A DNA stretch of 64,000 bases from a virus, in IMG/VR virus record IMGVR_UViG_3300033153_006331, positions 6,285-70,284 of that record. The stretch is one strand, 5' to 3'. The notes below the pieces were generated by a model. The model was not told where the DNA came from. It saw only the letters and a list, made by a program, of their open reading frames with translations, and did not search any database. Position 1 is the stretch's first letter; every line of letters begins with the position of its first letter. The position numbers and the translations under genes are program-made. This document shows positions 16,971 through 27,284 of the stretch, piece by piece.

Positions 16971-18027
16971 TATAATATCCCCTGGCGTCAAGCTCTTGCT
17001 CGAAATCGCCCGTCACTTGTTCAATCGCTTCATCGAACGGAACGGTCGGGAACGTCCAGAGCCGGCTGGTTGGATTGGTGTTGAAAAGGTGGAAGTCTGC
17101 TTGCTTGAATTTCTCGACCAGCCCGTCGAACATCTGATTCATGTCAGTGTAGGCCGAGTTGTTCGACCGACACCCGCCCGCGTGCTTCCCCTGATCGAAG
17201 CCGTACGGCTGGTCTGGCTTCATCGAGAAATCGGCACCCACGAGATACAGTTTTCGGATGCCCAGATAGAATGCCAGTCGGACGGCGCAGAACATGCTGT
17301 TAATCGTGTGTGGCCAGCCGTTAGGCTCTCCAACCTTCTTTCCCTTGTGTATGCCGGTCGAACTCCGCTCGTCGTTGCCCCTGTCGAAATGAGGCTCCCA
17401 AAGGAATGTATCGGGCACGAAATTGGTAGTCCGGTGGAAGCCGAGTACACCTGGCATATCATGGGCAGTCACTCCCTCGATTGCGGTCAGTTTACCATCC
17501 ACCCGTTTCCGCACACCCTTCCGCCGGCCCTTCTCATTGTCGGCCCACCGGGACTTCCATTCCTTGACCGGCACGATCTTGATGACGCCCGGGTCTCGCC
17601 ATATATCGCTGTGGAACTTCCCGGACGGGTCGGTATGCAGCCAGACGTGAGGCCGGACCCCGGGTGGCAGCGAAGCCGGGCAATTGTTGACACTCAGCAA
17701 AAGCACGCCACGCCGGGCCAACTTGGTCAAATCGAGCTGCTTGACGCTCGGGCCTCCAAGGTGAAGAAAGGCACTTGCCCCGTAATACAGGTCGGCCAGA
17801 CCGGCCGAGCGGTTGTAGCGGTCCACGATGACGCCGTGGGGATGCCGGCACCCATCAGCTTGGCTGTGCTGCTGGTAGAACAGTTCGCAGGAAAGGCACT
17901 CGACCTCCCGGACCTCCTTGCGGTCAGGATGCCCGCAAGCGTAGGCAGGCTCTTGGCCGAATTCAGTGGCCCGGCTCCCTACCATGCTCCCTAGATGATC
18001 GCAGGTGACTTTTGCTGCTCTAACCAT
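16963..18027 (-). CDS. Maf/DUF115-like (sialyltransferase-fold) glycosyltransferase with Cys-rich N-terminus
   Basis: AFLHLGGPSV, LLSVNN, WLHTDP, NSMFCAVRLAFYLGIRKLYLVGADF, LFNTNP. Confidence 0.7.
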   Translation of the reverse strand: MVRAAKVTCDHLGSMVGSRATEFGQEPAYACGHPDRKEVREVECLSCELFYQQHSQADGCRHPHGVIVDRYNRSAGLADLYYGASAFLHLGGPSVKQLDLTKLARRGVLLLSVNNCPASLPPGVRPHVWLHTDPSGKFHSDIWRDPGVIKIVPVKEWKSRWADNEKGRRKGVRKRVDGKLTAIEGVTAHDMPGVLGFHRTTNFVPDTFLWEPHFDRGNDERSSTGIHKGKKVGEPNGWPHTINSMFCAVRLAFYLGIRKLYLVGADFSMKPDQPYGFDQGKHAGGCRSNNSAYTDMNQMFDGLVEKFKQADFHLFNTNPTSRLWTFPTVPFDEAIEQVTGDFEQELDARGYYND

Positions 18028-18761
18028 TCCAGGTCTTCCTTGCTGTTCACGGCCTGACGACGGCCATTGATCTCCACGATTTGGATTGGGATACCCTCCT
18101 CCAGGAGCCGTAATTGTTCAAGCGATTCGGCCTGCTCCAAGTTGCCGCGAGGGTATCGGCCGAACGCTTCCAGGACAGACCGGCGGAAGGCATAGACGCC
18201 AACATGGGCAAGGCATGATTTCCGGTGTTCTGGTAGAATTGCCCGCGTGAAGTACAAAGCCCGGCCCCGTTGGTCTAGCAGCACCTTGACCGTATTCGGG
18301 TTAGACCTATCGTCTCTGTCGCAACTCAGCGGAGTTGCCAACGTCGCCACCTGGACGGACTTGCTCTCCCACACCGCCCGGGCGAGGACCGTCAAATCGG
18401 TGGTCGTGATCTGAGGCTCGTCGCATTGGAGGTTGATGATGATCTTGGCAAAATCAATCGCCCCAGATTGCAGGACTGCCGCTAATCTGTCAGATCCAGT
18501 CGGCTTGCTTTGGGGCCAATAGTGACATTCCGCCGGCAGATCATGGCAAGCATCGGCCACTTCTTCTGAGTCCGTGACAACCCGGACCGCGCTCGCCACC
18601 TTCGACTGCCTGGCGGCCCTGTATGCCCACCAGAACAGCGGTTTGCCCCAGAGTAGTTTGAGTGCCTTGTCCGGGAAACGGCTCCCACCGAGCCGCACAG
18701 GAATCAGAATGGCCGTATCCTCGGGACCCAACGCCCGACGGCCCAGCCCGTCAACGCTCAT
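17991..18761 (-). CDS. kdsB: CMP-Kdo synthetase (3-deoxy-manno-octulosonate cytidylyltransferase)
   Basis: LIPVRLGGSRFPDKAL, TGSDRL, INLQCDEP, NPNTVKV, ALYFTRA, HVGVYAFRR, LEQAESLEQLRLLE. Confidence 0.9.
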   Translation of the reverse strand: MSVDGLGRRALGPEDTAILIPVRLGGSRFPDKALKLLWGKPLFWWAYRAARQSKVASAVRVVTDSEEVADACHDLPAECHYWPQSKPTGSDRLAAVLQSGAIDFAKIIINLQCDEPQITTTDLTVLARAVWESKSVQVATLATPLSCDRDDRSNPNTVKVLLDQRGRALYFTRAILPEHRKSCLAHVGVYAFRRSVLEAFGRYPRGNLEQAESLEQLRLLEEGIPIQIVEINGRRQAVNSKEDLEWLEQQKSPAII

Positions 18762-18797
18762 CACAGTGCCTCCGACCCCCATTGGTAGCAAAATACA

Positions 18798-19052
18798 CTA
18801 TTGCTCGTCCTGAAGCAAGCCCATTCGCCGCTTCATGGCCAGGACGTAGCCCCGGACCCGGCTCCGAAACCGAAACGCGGGCGGCGAATCCTCGGGCCGG
18901 CCGGTACAATCCGCGGCCCGGTCAAGCGCGTCCGCCGACTCGCCATGTCCAATCTGGATTGTCCGCCGGCACACTTGGCAGCGAAAAGCCAAGGGACGGG
19001 CAGGTTCCAGGCTGTCGCGATCATCCGGCACAAACACCCATACGCACCGCAT
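18798..19052 (-). CDS. Small Cys-containing hypothetical protein
   Basis: GAGGTG RBS; FRCQVC. Confidence 0.4.
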   Translation of the reverse strand: MRCVWVFVPDDRDSLEPARPLAFRCQVCRRTIQIGHGESADALDRAADCTGRPEDSPPAFRFRSRVRGYVLAMKRRMGLLQDEQ

Positions 19053-19061
19053 GGCGTCACC

Positions 19062-20774
19062 TCACATGCACGAGCACTCTTCCTCTTCCACCCAGGTCAT
19101 GCCGTAAATCTTGTGAACCCCTACCCACTTCCAATGGATTTTGGTGTAGCAAACGATCACGCCTCCGCCGGCAATTGATTCGTCGCAGCATACATCCTGG
19201 ACCAGTCGAGTCACCTTATCCCCGGAGGAAGACGATGACGATTCTGAACGACTCGGGCTTGACGAACTGCTTGACGACGAACTGTGGACCGTGGAACTTG
19301 ACGAAGACGACGTACTGACCCCAGTCGAACTCGACGAACTCGATGTACTCCTCGACCAGCTACTGAATGAACTTAGGGATTCCGAGGAGAATGATGACGA
19401 TGAAGGGAATCCGATAAATGACGTTTGGTGAAGTTGCTCGCGTAAACCAAAGTTCAGCGGAAGGGACCGCACCTTGGTCATCATCACGAAGTCGTCTTCT
19501 GCGACGCCTTCAATCTTCTCCTGATTGCGAACTCCTACTTCATAGAGGACGTAATCGTCGAATCCGTTGGGCGACCAGGCGACCAGCCCATTATAAGCGA
19601 TCTCGTAATGGTTGCGGAGCCAAGCGTAGTAATCAGTTCCGATCAGGTTAGCCAGGTCGATCAATTCCTGGAGATTCCACGGATAACCTCCACCACCGAC
19701 CCCATACATAGCGTAACACGTATCGAAGAATACCTGTCGAGTGCCGGGCTGCGTCAAGCTGGTGCCGATTTGGGACCGATCCACCGAAGCGGTGACTGTA
19801 AACAGGTCTCCCGTGGGTGTCTGGAAGATGCCATCCAATATCGGATCAAGTACCATCTTGGGATAGGCTACGAGGACATTTTCCGGGACCAGATTGCGGC
19901 TCGGCTGACCTTCGCCCGTAAACCGCAGGATTTCCCGCGAAGCGTTCGCTGTAATCTGCTCCTCCAGAACGGCCCCGGCGGTGGCCGCAGTGCGTATTTC
20001 AAGTTTCAGGCTGGCAGGATCGAATGTGACCCGCATCCCAACACACGCTGCGACCGCATCCAATATCATCGCATAGTTTTCGTACCTCCGCGTAAGCTCC
20101 CTTGGATCGGGACTTAGATAGTCCCCCATGAAAGTCGAGGGAAATCCAGCATCGTGAAAATACTCAAAAACTAACGGGCGAACTTCCTCACGCACCTTTA
20201 TCGGAATTCGCACCAGGTCCATGAGGTACTGTATCAGTGGCCCCCACCCATCATCAAAATTGGGCGGTCCAGGGTAGGTTGGCTCCATGTTCCCTGCATC
20301 GGTCCACTGCCACCACCACCGATAATCCACCAACGGGAGAAGGAATATCGGATTGTCGCCGGACTCCGTTATCCGCCTGGGATCGAGCGCGAGCATCGTG
20401 AAACTGAGCGTGGTCTCGCCATCATCAATCTCGAGCGTGGCTTCACCATAGTCACTGGCCTCCACCACCTTGTCAATTTCGAGCAGGGTGTTCCAGTCGC
20501 ACAGAAAGAGCCCTTGGGCCCATCTGCCCGCCCCCGTGGGAATATAGAGAGAATTCAGGCGAGGTCGCGGTGGGTCCGGGTAGTTGGGGACGGGCAACCC
20601 CACGCGAGCCACAGCACCATCCTCGCCCCTGGCATCGTCCCGGCCTTCTACCCGATAGACCGGCTGGGCAAACGGATTGAAGTTCTCGTAATCCATGGCC
20701 CAATCGAGCCATGCGGCGAACTTCCCGCCGGGGTCCTCCATAAGCATCGATTGGCCGGCGAAGATGATCGACAT
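19062..20774 (-). CDS. Putative tail/baseplate protein with C-terminal poly-Ser tract
   Basis: About 570 aa in the tail module; Ser tract near the C-term, then a Cys-containing end. Confidence 0.55.
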   Translation of the reverse strand: MSIIFAGQSMLMEDPGGKFAAWLDWAMDYENFNPFAQPVYRVEGRDDARGEDGAVARVGLPVPNYPDPPRPRLNSLYIPTGAGRWAQGLFLCDWNTLLEIDKVVEASDYGEATLEIDDGETTLSFTMLALDPRRITESGDNPIFLLPLVDYRWWWQWTDAGNMEPTYPGPPNFDDGWGPLIQYLMDLVRIPIKVREEVRPLVFEYFHDAGFPSTFMGDYLSPDPRELTRRYENYAMILDAVAACVGMRVTFDPASLKLEIRTAATAGAVLEEQITANASREILRFTGEGQPSRNLVPENVLVAYPKMVLDPILDGIFQTPTGDLFTVTASVDRSQIGTSLTQPGTRQVFFDTCYAMYGVGGGGYPWNLQELIDLANLIGTDYYAWLRNHYEIAYNGLVAWSPNGFDDYVLYEVGVRNQEKIEGVAEDDFVMMTKVRSLPLNFGLREQLHQTSFIGFPSSSSFSSESLSSFSSWSRSTSSSSSSTGVSTSSSSSSTVHSSSSSSSSSPSRSESSSSSSGDKVTRLVQDVCCDESIAGGGVIVCYTKIHWKWVGVHKIYGMTWVEEEECSCM

Positions 20775-21361
20775 TACTTCACTCGGAGAACGGCGGCTGC
20801 TGTGCCCAATTGAATTGATTTCGAGTGCCACGGCTCGCAAAAGTCAACTTTGGACCGATCCGTAAGGTCCTTGTCCGTCCAACTATACTTCTGTGGCTCC
20901 GATCTCCAATCATGTCCGATCACAATACTGCCCGGACAACACAGGGGAGCCAGTTCCATAATCTCCCGCGGCTTGTCACCGCCATCACAGAGAATGAATC
21001 CTGGGCCGGCGAAGCCGATTCTCTTGACCGTTGCAATCGCTTCATCGGAAAACTCGTCAGCCTTCAGCACTCCGCCATCTACCCGGCGGACAACCTCCAG
21101 ATTCCTTTCCCGGTTGTAGACAGGCGGTTCATAGTCTCCATTGAAATCATCTATCCCGAGGTAGGGGATTCCTTTGCAAAAGGCCAAGGTAGCAAAGTAT
21201 GCCGACGAGGCACCGCAGCCGATTCCTATTTCAATAATCCACTCCGTCCAATGCTGGTGGATGATTTGTTCGTAGAACCACAGGGCAACGTGCGTTTGCT
21301 GAATGCTATCTCCATAGAGCCGCCTGCACCGCTTCTGGTAGAGCCATCGATTGTTCGCCAT
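20774..21361 (-). CDS. Class I SAM methyltransferase (CmcI/Methyltransf_24-like)
   Basis: IIEIGIGCGASS, ILCDGGDK, PGSIVIGHDW. Confidence 0.75.
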   Translation of the reverse strand: MANNRWLYQKRCRRLYGDSIQQTHVALWFYEQIIHQHWTEWIIEIGIGCGASSAYFATLAFCKGIPYLGIDDFNGDYEPPVYNRERNLEVVRRVDGGVLKADEFSDEAIATVKRIGFAGPGFILCDGGDKPREIMELAPLCCPGSIVIGHDWRSEPQKYSWTDKDLTDRSKVDFCEPWHSKSIQLGTAAAVLRVK

Positions 21362-21362
21362 A

Positions 21363-21872
21363 TCACGTCAGTTCCCAATCGAAATCTACGCCGATTTCCA
21401 GCGTCATTTGGTAGAGGGAGAGCGGCCCCGAAGTCCGGCCTCCCTCGATCACGCGAGGGGCAGCCACGGCAATGACGTACAGCAGATTCCGCAGAAAGGT
21501 CTCCCCGTTATCGTCCGTAAGGTCATGGCCGACCAACGCTGCCAGGATACGCCTCTTGATCGGGAACATTCCCCGACCGGTCTGGAGCAAGACCTCCAGA
21601 TCACGGCCGGCTTCGTCAAGATGGATTCGGATGAAAGCGGCCACAATGACAGTCCACTCTTCCGTCACGTTCCCGATGGCCTGCTCTCCCTCGACAAACC
21701 GGCCTTGCCCGGGAGAGATTGTGAGGAAGAACTCCCCGCCGGGAGGCACCACCAGCGGGGAGTCGGCGTCGAGCGTCTCATAACATCGCTGCTCGGGAAG
21801 GGAGAGCTGCGACCTGAGCCGCTCCACGATCCGCTGGAGGACCGTCGCCTGTGTTACGTCTATGCGTGCCAT
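21363..21872 (-). CDS. Putative tail completion/terminator-like protein
   Basis: 169 aa, position in the tail module; fold inferred only. Confidence 0.4.
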   Translation of the reverse strand: MARIDVTQATVLQRIVERLRSQLSLPEQRCYETLDADSPLVVPPGGEFFLTISPGQGRFVEGEQAIGNVTEEWTVIVAAFIRIHLDEAGRDLEVLLQTGRGMFPIKRRILAALVGHDLTDDNGETFLRNLLYVIAVAAPRVIEGGRTSGPLSLYQMTLEIGVDFDWELT

Positions 21873-21886
21873 CTGACACTGCCTGT

Positions 21887-22594
21887 TTAGTCAGGAGGAT
21901 TGTATGTCGTTTCGGCTGAGGTGCTGGAACTGCTCGACGAACTGCTCGATGACGAACTGGCTGAACTCGCCTCTGTCGAGCTTGATGACGAGGCAGACGA
22001 ACTGCTGGCCGTACTCACCAGCGTGCTCGACGAACTGCTGAGTGACGAGGCACTTCTCGACACCTCGTCCCCACTGAACGAGCGAAAGCATCGGATGTAC
22101 CCCCTCAATACGCCGGCCGTCAATGGAGCACCGCGAATCTCCATTTTTATCTGGCGGGCTTCCGTAGTGCGGATGGCGCGGGCCGCCGTTCCGTTCGGCC
22201 GAATGTCGTGCAACCCAATCGTCCCGTCAACCGTGATGAGTTGCCTCCACAGCAAATCACCGCGACCAAAGCCAGCCTCTTCTATCTTCATCTCCATGGT
22301 TGTCCGATCAATGCCAGACACAAGGGCGACTCCAACCTGATACATCCCGTCCCACACGATCGTGTTGGCCGGCAATTCCACGTCAAGGTTGTGGAATCCG
22401 ACGCCGCCCCCATCCTTCGCTACGTCGTATTCAAAGCAGACGTATTCGAATGGAGAGTAGACGAGGTTCTCGATATCGTAAATCCACGAGCACATAAAGT
22501 CCTCTTGGTGGACTAACGTGCCCGGATGCCCCGTCGCGGGCAGATTCCGGAAATCCGGCACCGACTGATCGATGCCATGAACTACAGTACCCAT
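21887..22594 (-). CDS. Virion protein with poly-Ser C-terminus (paralog of 22627-23493)
   Basis: VxHGIDQS...FEYDxAxDGGGxGFHNLDV shared; Ser tract. Confidence 0.6.
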   Translation of the reverse strand: MGTVVHGIDQSVPDFRNLPATGHPGTLVHQEDFMCSWIYDIENLVYSPFEYVCFEYDVAKDGGGVGFHNLDVELPANTIVWDGMYQVGVALVSGIDRTTMEMKIEEAGFGRGDLLWRQLITVDGTIGLHDIRPNGTAARAIRTTEARQIKMEIRGAPLTAGVLRGYIRCFRSFSGDEVSRSASSLSSSSSTLVSTASSSSASSSSSTEASSASSSSSSSSSSSSTSAETTYNPPD

Positions 22595-22626
22595 TGGCTT
22601 AACTCCCTAATGTTACGGTGCGTTGG

Positions 22627-23493
22627 TCAAAATTCGGTCTGAGCCGAAGTGCTCGAGCTGCTCGAACTGGAGGAGGACTCGCTCGAAGCACTGCTCGCAC
22701 TAGTAACTTCTGTCGAACTCGAAGAGCTGGACGTGCTGGCACTACTGGCCGCCGTCGAACTCGAAGAGCTGGACGTGCTGGCACTACTGGCCGCCGTCGA
22801 ACTCGAAGAGCTAAGGGTGCTCTGGCCCGTGCTGGACGTTGAGCTGCTCGATGGCGAAGCCGAACTGGTCGAGGATAGCGACTGGCTACTCGAAGAGGAC
22901 GAACTGGCTGACGAAGCCGTCGAACTCGACAGGCTCGAACTTGACGCACTCGAACTACTTGATTGCTCTTCTAAATCGAACCCTCGGAAGCACCGCAGGA
23001 ACCCGATCAGCTTTCCGGCCGTCAGGGCCGCAGTCCTGACATTCAACTTCAACTGCCGGGCCATGGTGGTCCGGATGGTAGTTGCCGCCGTACCGACCGG
23101 CACCACGTCATGTAGGCCGATAGTGCCATTGGCTGCCAAGTTGCCGGTAGCCAGCACGTCCTGTTGGGCTTCCAGGCCGATTGCAATGGTGGCCGCCCCG
23201 CCGGAGGTGAATAGGTCGATCACATCCAGCACGCCGTCGAATACGAGCGTGTTGGCCGGCACTTGCACGTCAAGATTGTGGAAGCCGATGCCACCACCGT
23301 CCTCGGCGAAATCGTACTCGAAGGCCAGGTACTCGTACGGCCACCAGGCGTCGATGTCCGGATCGTACAGCCAGGTGTTCATGTGGGCTTCTTCGAGGCA
23401 GATAGTCGCCTCATTGCCCCGATCGGGCAGGTCGCGGAATGTCGGTGCCGATTGGTCGATGCCATGCAGCACAGTCCTGGGGAATCTGGACAT
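22627..23493 (-). CDS. Virion protein with about 110-aa Ser/Thr/Ala C-terminus
   Basis: Paralog of 21887-22594; AAGGAG RBS. Confidence 0.6.
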   Translation of the reverse strand: MSRFPRTVLHGIDQSAPTFRDLPDRGNEATICLEEAHMNTWLYDPDIDAWWPYEYLAFEYDFAEDGGGIGFHNLDVQVPANTLVFDGVLDVIDLFTSGGAATIAIGLEAQQDVLATGNLAANGTIGLHDVVPVGTAATTIRTTMARQLKLNVRTAALTAGKLIGFLRCFRGFDLEEQSSSSSASSSSLSSSTASSASSSSSSSQSLSSTSSASPSSSSTSSTGQSTLSSSSSTAASSASTSSSSSSTAASSASTSSSSSSTEVTSASSASSESSSSSSSSSTSAQTEF

Positions 23494-23514
23494 TGGATAT
23501 CTCCTTTGCGTTGG

Positions 23515-25446
23515 TTACGCGATCACCGTGTCTGGGATTTGGTTTGTGCCGCTGGTGGGCAGCAACAACCGCTTGCCGTTCATATCGAACGAGCGATGGA
23601 ACCACTCTTGAACTTCTCCGCCGCGATCATTGGCCACGGTCAACGACCAGTTATCCTCGAGCACGGCAGCCGTCTTGCCGATCATGGCACCGACGAACGG
23701 ACCACCGGCATACAATTCCGTGGCCGCGATTACAATCAGGTCGTCTATGTAGATTGCATCACCGAGAGTCAGCCCCGTGTTGCATCGGATACGCAGGTAA
23801 ACCGGCTGTACTGGGTCGCGTGCTAACCGGAACGAGAAGAATTGCGAACTATGGCCGGCGTCGATTATTGCTGCCAAATCGATCCGCAGGGAGTTCTCGT
23901 TCCCGGCACTATCCCGCGTGGCCGGACTGTCCACACCCTCGACAATCTCTACCCGCAATTCTTCCGCCGACTGCGAGGAGGACGAGGACGAAACCACGTC
24001 AGATGAACTTGACGACGAGGAATAGGAGGAGCGCGACTGCGAACTCGATGAAGGTGATGAGGACGTACTGACCCCAGTGGAACTTGACGAACTGGACGTA
24101 CTGACCCCAGTCGAACTCGACGAACTCGATCCTTCCGTGGAACTTGACGAACTGCTCGAACTCGATGATGTACTACTTGACGAACTGGACGAAGTCACGA
24201 CCGATGAACTGCTGGACGTGCTTTGCTCGCCTCCGGTAGTCTCGTTGATTCGCCGCAACCGAAACGCACAGAAATAGACGGTCTCCGCAGCCAGAGTCAA
24301 CGGCTGCATGAGCGTGGTCTGTTCAGACCCATCGCCGACGATGCCCAGTGCTCGGCCCCGAAACGCACCGTTGTTGCCCTGTCGCGTCGTGGCGTGAGTG
24401 ATGGTCGGGGCACCACCCTCGGCCACCAGATGATTCGTGCTGGTCAATTGATTCAGTTGCCCGGCCACCCCAGTAAACGTAATCGTGTGCGTGAGATTCG
24501 GGCTGGTGCCCGTGGCGGCCACGGTTACACTGTCCAGGCCGGGGATTGCCTGCAATGCCGTCTGGAGTGTGGACGCCGAGGCGTTGTAGGCCAAGGTCAC
24601 CGTAGAGCGTTGCGTCCCCTCAGTGTCTACCCAATACAGCAGGTAGCTGCCTGACAGCGGCGATCCGGCAACCACGACGGTCTGAATCTCGGGATTCGTC
24701 ACGACAACAGTATTGCCAGGGCTACCCGTTTCGATAGTCCAGCCGTCGGGAATGTTCTCAATCGTTGTCGTCTCGAACGTGCCGTTGCTTATCAGTGATG
24801 TAGCCGGGTCAGTGGCCGTGACCGTCCGGTTGATCCCGGCACCCCGCGGCCAGCGGTAGCTGAGTGCGTTTGCCTCGGAACGCTCGCCCGAGAAAGTCAG
24901 CCCGGGGGCAGTCGCACTGGCATCCGAAGTGACTTCAATATCCACCACCTCCGCCAAGGCACCTTCCAGCAATCGGCCATCACCCCGATATTCGGTGTAA
25001 AGTATTGCCACGTCCCCGATGTTGCCGATGGCGTCCGGGTCCTCAGCCAAGGTCAGTGAAACTACCGACGGATCGACGTAAGCATCAAGCCGTTGCATCT
25101 CGAATATGAGGTAGTCCAGCACACCGATCAGTGTCGCTGGCGGCTGCTCGGAATCCGCCTTGACGATCTCCGTCATGTAATTCTCGGACGACGTACGCAA
25201 GGCCGTGGCCAGGGCTCCGTTATCCTGCCAGGACTGCGAGGCTGCCGCTATGTTGTCGATTGTCCGTTGGAGGTCCAGGGTGGTGCCATCCGCCTTGTCG
25301 TTATACAACTCCAGCAGTTCGAGCACGTCCGTGGGCACTGTCGTGCCGCGCGCCGTGTTCAGTGTGTTCTGGGCGTTGAACGCCTTGCCAAGGATATTGA
25401 ACAATCCGTCCAGATTGACGGCATCATACATATCTGTGAAGATCAT
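23515..25446 (-). CDS. Tail-associated protein with internal poly-Ser linker
   Basis: 643 aa, beta-rich; T.LAYNASASTLQTAL..IPG...V.V motif typical of phage structural proteins. Confidence 0.6.
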   Translation of the reverse strand: MIFTDMYDAVNLDGLFNILGKAFNAQNTLNTARGTTVPTDVLELLELYNDKADGTTLDLQRTIDNIAAASQSWQDNGALATALRTSSENYMTEIVKADSEQPPATLIGVLDYLIFEMQRLDAYVDPSVVSLTLAEDPDAIGNIGDVAILYTEYRGDGRLLEGALAEVVDIEVTSDASATAPGLTFSGERSEANALSYRWPRGAGINRTVTATDPATSLISNGTFETTTIENIPDGWTIETGSPGNTVVVTNPEIQTVVVAGSPLSGSYLLYWVDTEGTQRSTVTLAYNASASTLQTALQAIPGLDSVTVAATGTSPNLTHTITFTGVAGQLNQLTSTNHLVAEGGAPTITHATTRQGNNGAFRGRALGIVGDGSEQTTLMQPLTLAAETVYFCAFRLRRINETTGGEQSTSSSSSVVTSSSSSSSTSSSSSSSSSSTEGSSSSSSTGVSTSSSSSSTGVSTSSSPSSSSQSRSSYSSSSSSSDVVSSSSSSQSAEELRVEIVEGVDSPATRDSAGNENSLRIDLAAIIDAGHSSQFFSFRLARDPVQPVYLRIRCNTGLTLGDAIYIDDLIVIAATELYAGGPFVGAMIGKTAAVLEDNWSLTVANDRGGEVQEWFHRSFDMNGKRLLLPTSGTNQIPDTVIA

Positions 25447-27284
25447 ACGTTCAACCTCGAATTGTAGATTTCGCTTTGGGCAAACGCATTGTCTTCCCGC
25501 GTATCCTTCAGGTAGGCCGTTATGCCCACGTTGATCTGTTCGGTTTTCAGGGGCGGCCGGTCGAGAGCGTACTCGTAATATGCCTCGAGTTCATAGACCT
25601 TCTGGGCACCCTCGACTGTGGCTTTGCGGGGGACCGGCTTGACCCAATGCCGCAGCAGCTTGCCGGTGATGGCCCCATCCTTGTAGGTTTCGACCGGCTC
25701 CGGTATCTCAGGCATTTTGCCGATGCGGGATGCCGTGACCACCAGCACTCTTGTCGTCTGAGGCCGGCAGAGGTCGGCCACCACCGATGTCGGCTTTGTG
25801 CTTGCCAAGCCAGCGTTGGCTACAGGCAACTGGACTCGGCATTGATTCGTTCGGTAGGTGGTCTCCGTCTCGTAATGCTGATAGATGGCTTCCTTGTGCG
25901 TGTCGTCATACGGGTCTTCGTAATCAGCAGGCTCCAGCTTGCCTGGGTATTGCTTGGAGATTACTTTCGTTTCCTTGTCTGCATCACCTTCCGGCTGAGT
26001 CTCTTGGCCGGGCCTGTAAAACTTGTCGGCACTGCACGGGTCGTGCAACGCACAAAACAAGGTGAGGGCACCGGCGGCAGACCTTACATCACCTTGCGGG
26101 TTGTACCCGTAGACTGCCGGGAACCTGCTTACCGTGGGGTCGTACGGATCGTCCCCGAACTGCTCGATGTCCAACGGCTGGCCCAGATTGTCTTTCAGCA
26201 AGGCCAGCATCGAACCAAGAGCCTGCTCTTCGTCAGGCCCCGCTATATGGCGAATCCTGACATCCGCGTTGACCGTGTTTTCCGAACCGATACTCTCGGA
26301 AAGAGTAAAGTTGACGATCTGATACCTGGTATTGAAGTTCTCAGCGCCCATCGTCTTGATGCCCAACTTCGCATCCACTATCCGAATCAACAGACTGTGC
26401 ATATCCACCTTGCTGGCTTCCGGCGAGCCTTCCAGCTTGACGTTGACCTGCCCGAACCACAGCACCCCATCGCTTGTACTTTCCGTGTACGTGCCACTTA
26501 TCTTGGTGGCCGGGTATGGGGCGGATGTGTGAGTCTGCCGGTCAGTGATTTCATAGTCAGCTTCCAGCCCGTTGGCGGACGTGGCCATGAGGATGCTCAC
26601 GCGACGGAAGCCGGCTTCCAACCGTGGAATAATAAGGGCTTTGACTCCATGCGGGCTATTGAACGGCTCCGATACTTTCATCCGGCCTCGTATGGTCTTC
26701 GTCACGTAGAAGTTATCGTCCATCGACTCTGAAGTAGACCACCGATTGGAAATCACGTAGGGGACTGAATTGCCCACAGCCCCCGGGCAGTGGAGCACGG
26801 AGCATTTGATTGTGAACTTCACTCGAAAGAGTTTGTCACTCACGATCTGGAGCAGAGACACCTCTTGCGGCTTGGGCCCTTGGTCAATATCGTGAATCTC
26901 TTTCGTCCTGCCAAACGCACTGGGGGCGGGCGGCCGGACTTCAAGCATCGTTGACGTTATTGTTCCTCCAGCAGCGAATGTGCCAGCCTCCGGGCCAGAG
27001 ACAAGGACAACTCGCAAATGTCCTCTTGGGCTAGAAAGCCGCCTTTTCAGTACGTCATACAGAGTGGCAGTAGAATTGGAGCCTGGAGTTGTCGCGCCCT
27101 GTTGATCGATCCATGTTCGGTCGCTGTTCCTCAAACTGCTCGCGGAAAGCGTCCCCTCAAACGACAGCATATACTCGTGTCGTTCCACATCGGCGTCGCT
27201 GGGATCGTAGATCACGCGCTGATCCCACTGCCGCGTAATGCAGTTATGTATCTCGACTTCGTTGTAGATTACGTTGGTTGCCAT
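25443..27284 (-). CDS. Putative tail protein
   Basis: 613 aa immediately downstream of the tape-measure-like gene. Confidence 0.5.
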   Translation of the reverse strand: MATNVIYNEVEIHNCITRQWDQRVIYDPSDADVERHEYMLSFEGTLSASSLRNSDRTWIDQQGATTPGSNSTATLYDVLKRRLSSPRGHLRVVLVSGPEAGTFAAGGTITSTMLEVRPPAPSAFGRTKEIHDIDQGPKPQEVSLLQIVSDKLFRVKFTIKCSVLHCPGAVGNSVPYVISNRWSTSESMDDNFYVTKTIRGRMKVSEPFNSPHGVKALIIPRLEAGFRRVSILMATSANGLEADYEITDRQTHTSAPYPATKISGTYTESTSDGVLWFGQVNVKLEGSPEASKVDMHSLLIRIVDAKLGIKTMGAENFNTRYQIVNFTLSESIGSENTVNADVRIRHIAGPDEEQALGSMLALLKDNLGQPLDIEQFGDDPYDPTVSRFPAVYGYNPQGDVRSAAGALTLFCALHDPCSADKFYRPGQETQPEGDADKETKVISKQYPGKLEPADYEDPYDDTHKEAIYQHYETETTYRTNQCRVQLPVANAGLASTKPTSVVADLCRPQTTRVLVVTASRIGKMPEIPEPVETYKDGAITGKLLRHWVKPVPRKATVEGAQKVYELEAYYEYALDRPPLKTEQINVGITAYLKDTREDNAFAQSEIYNSRLNV

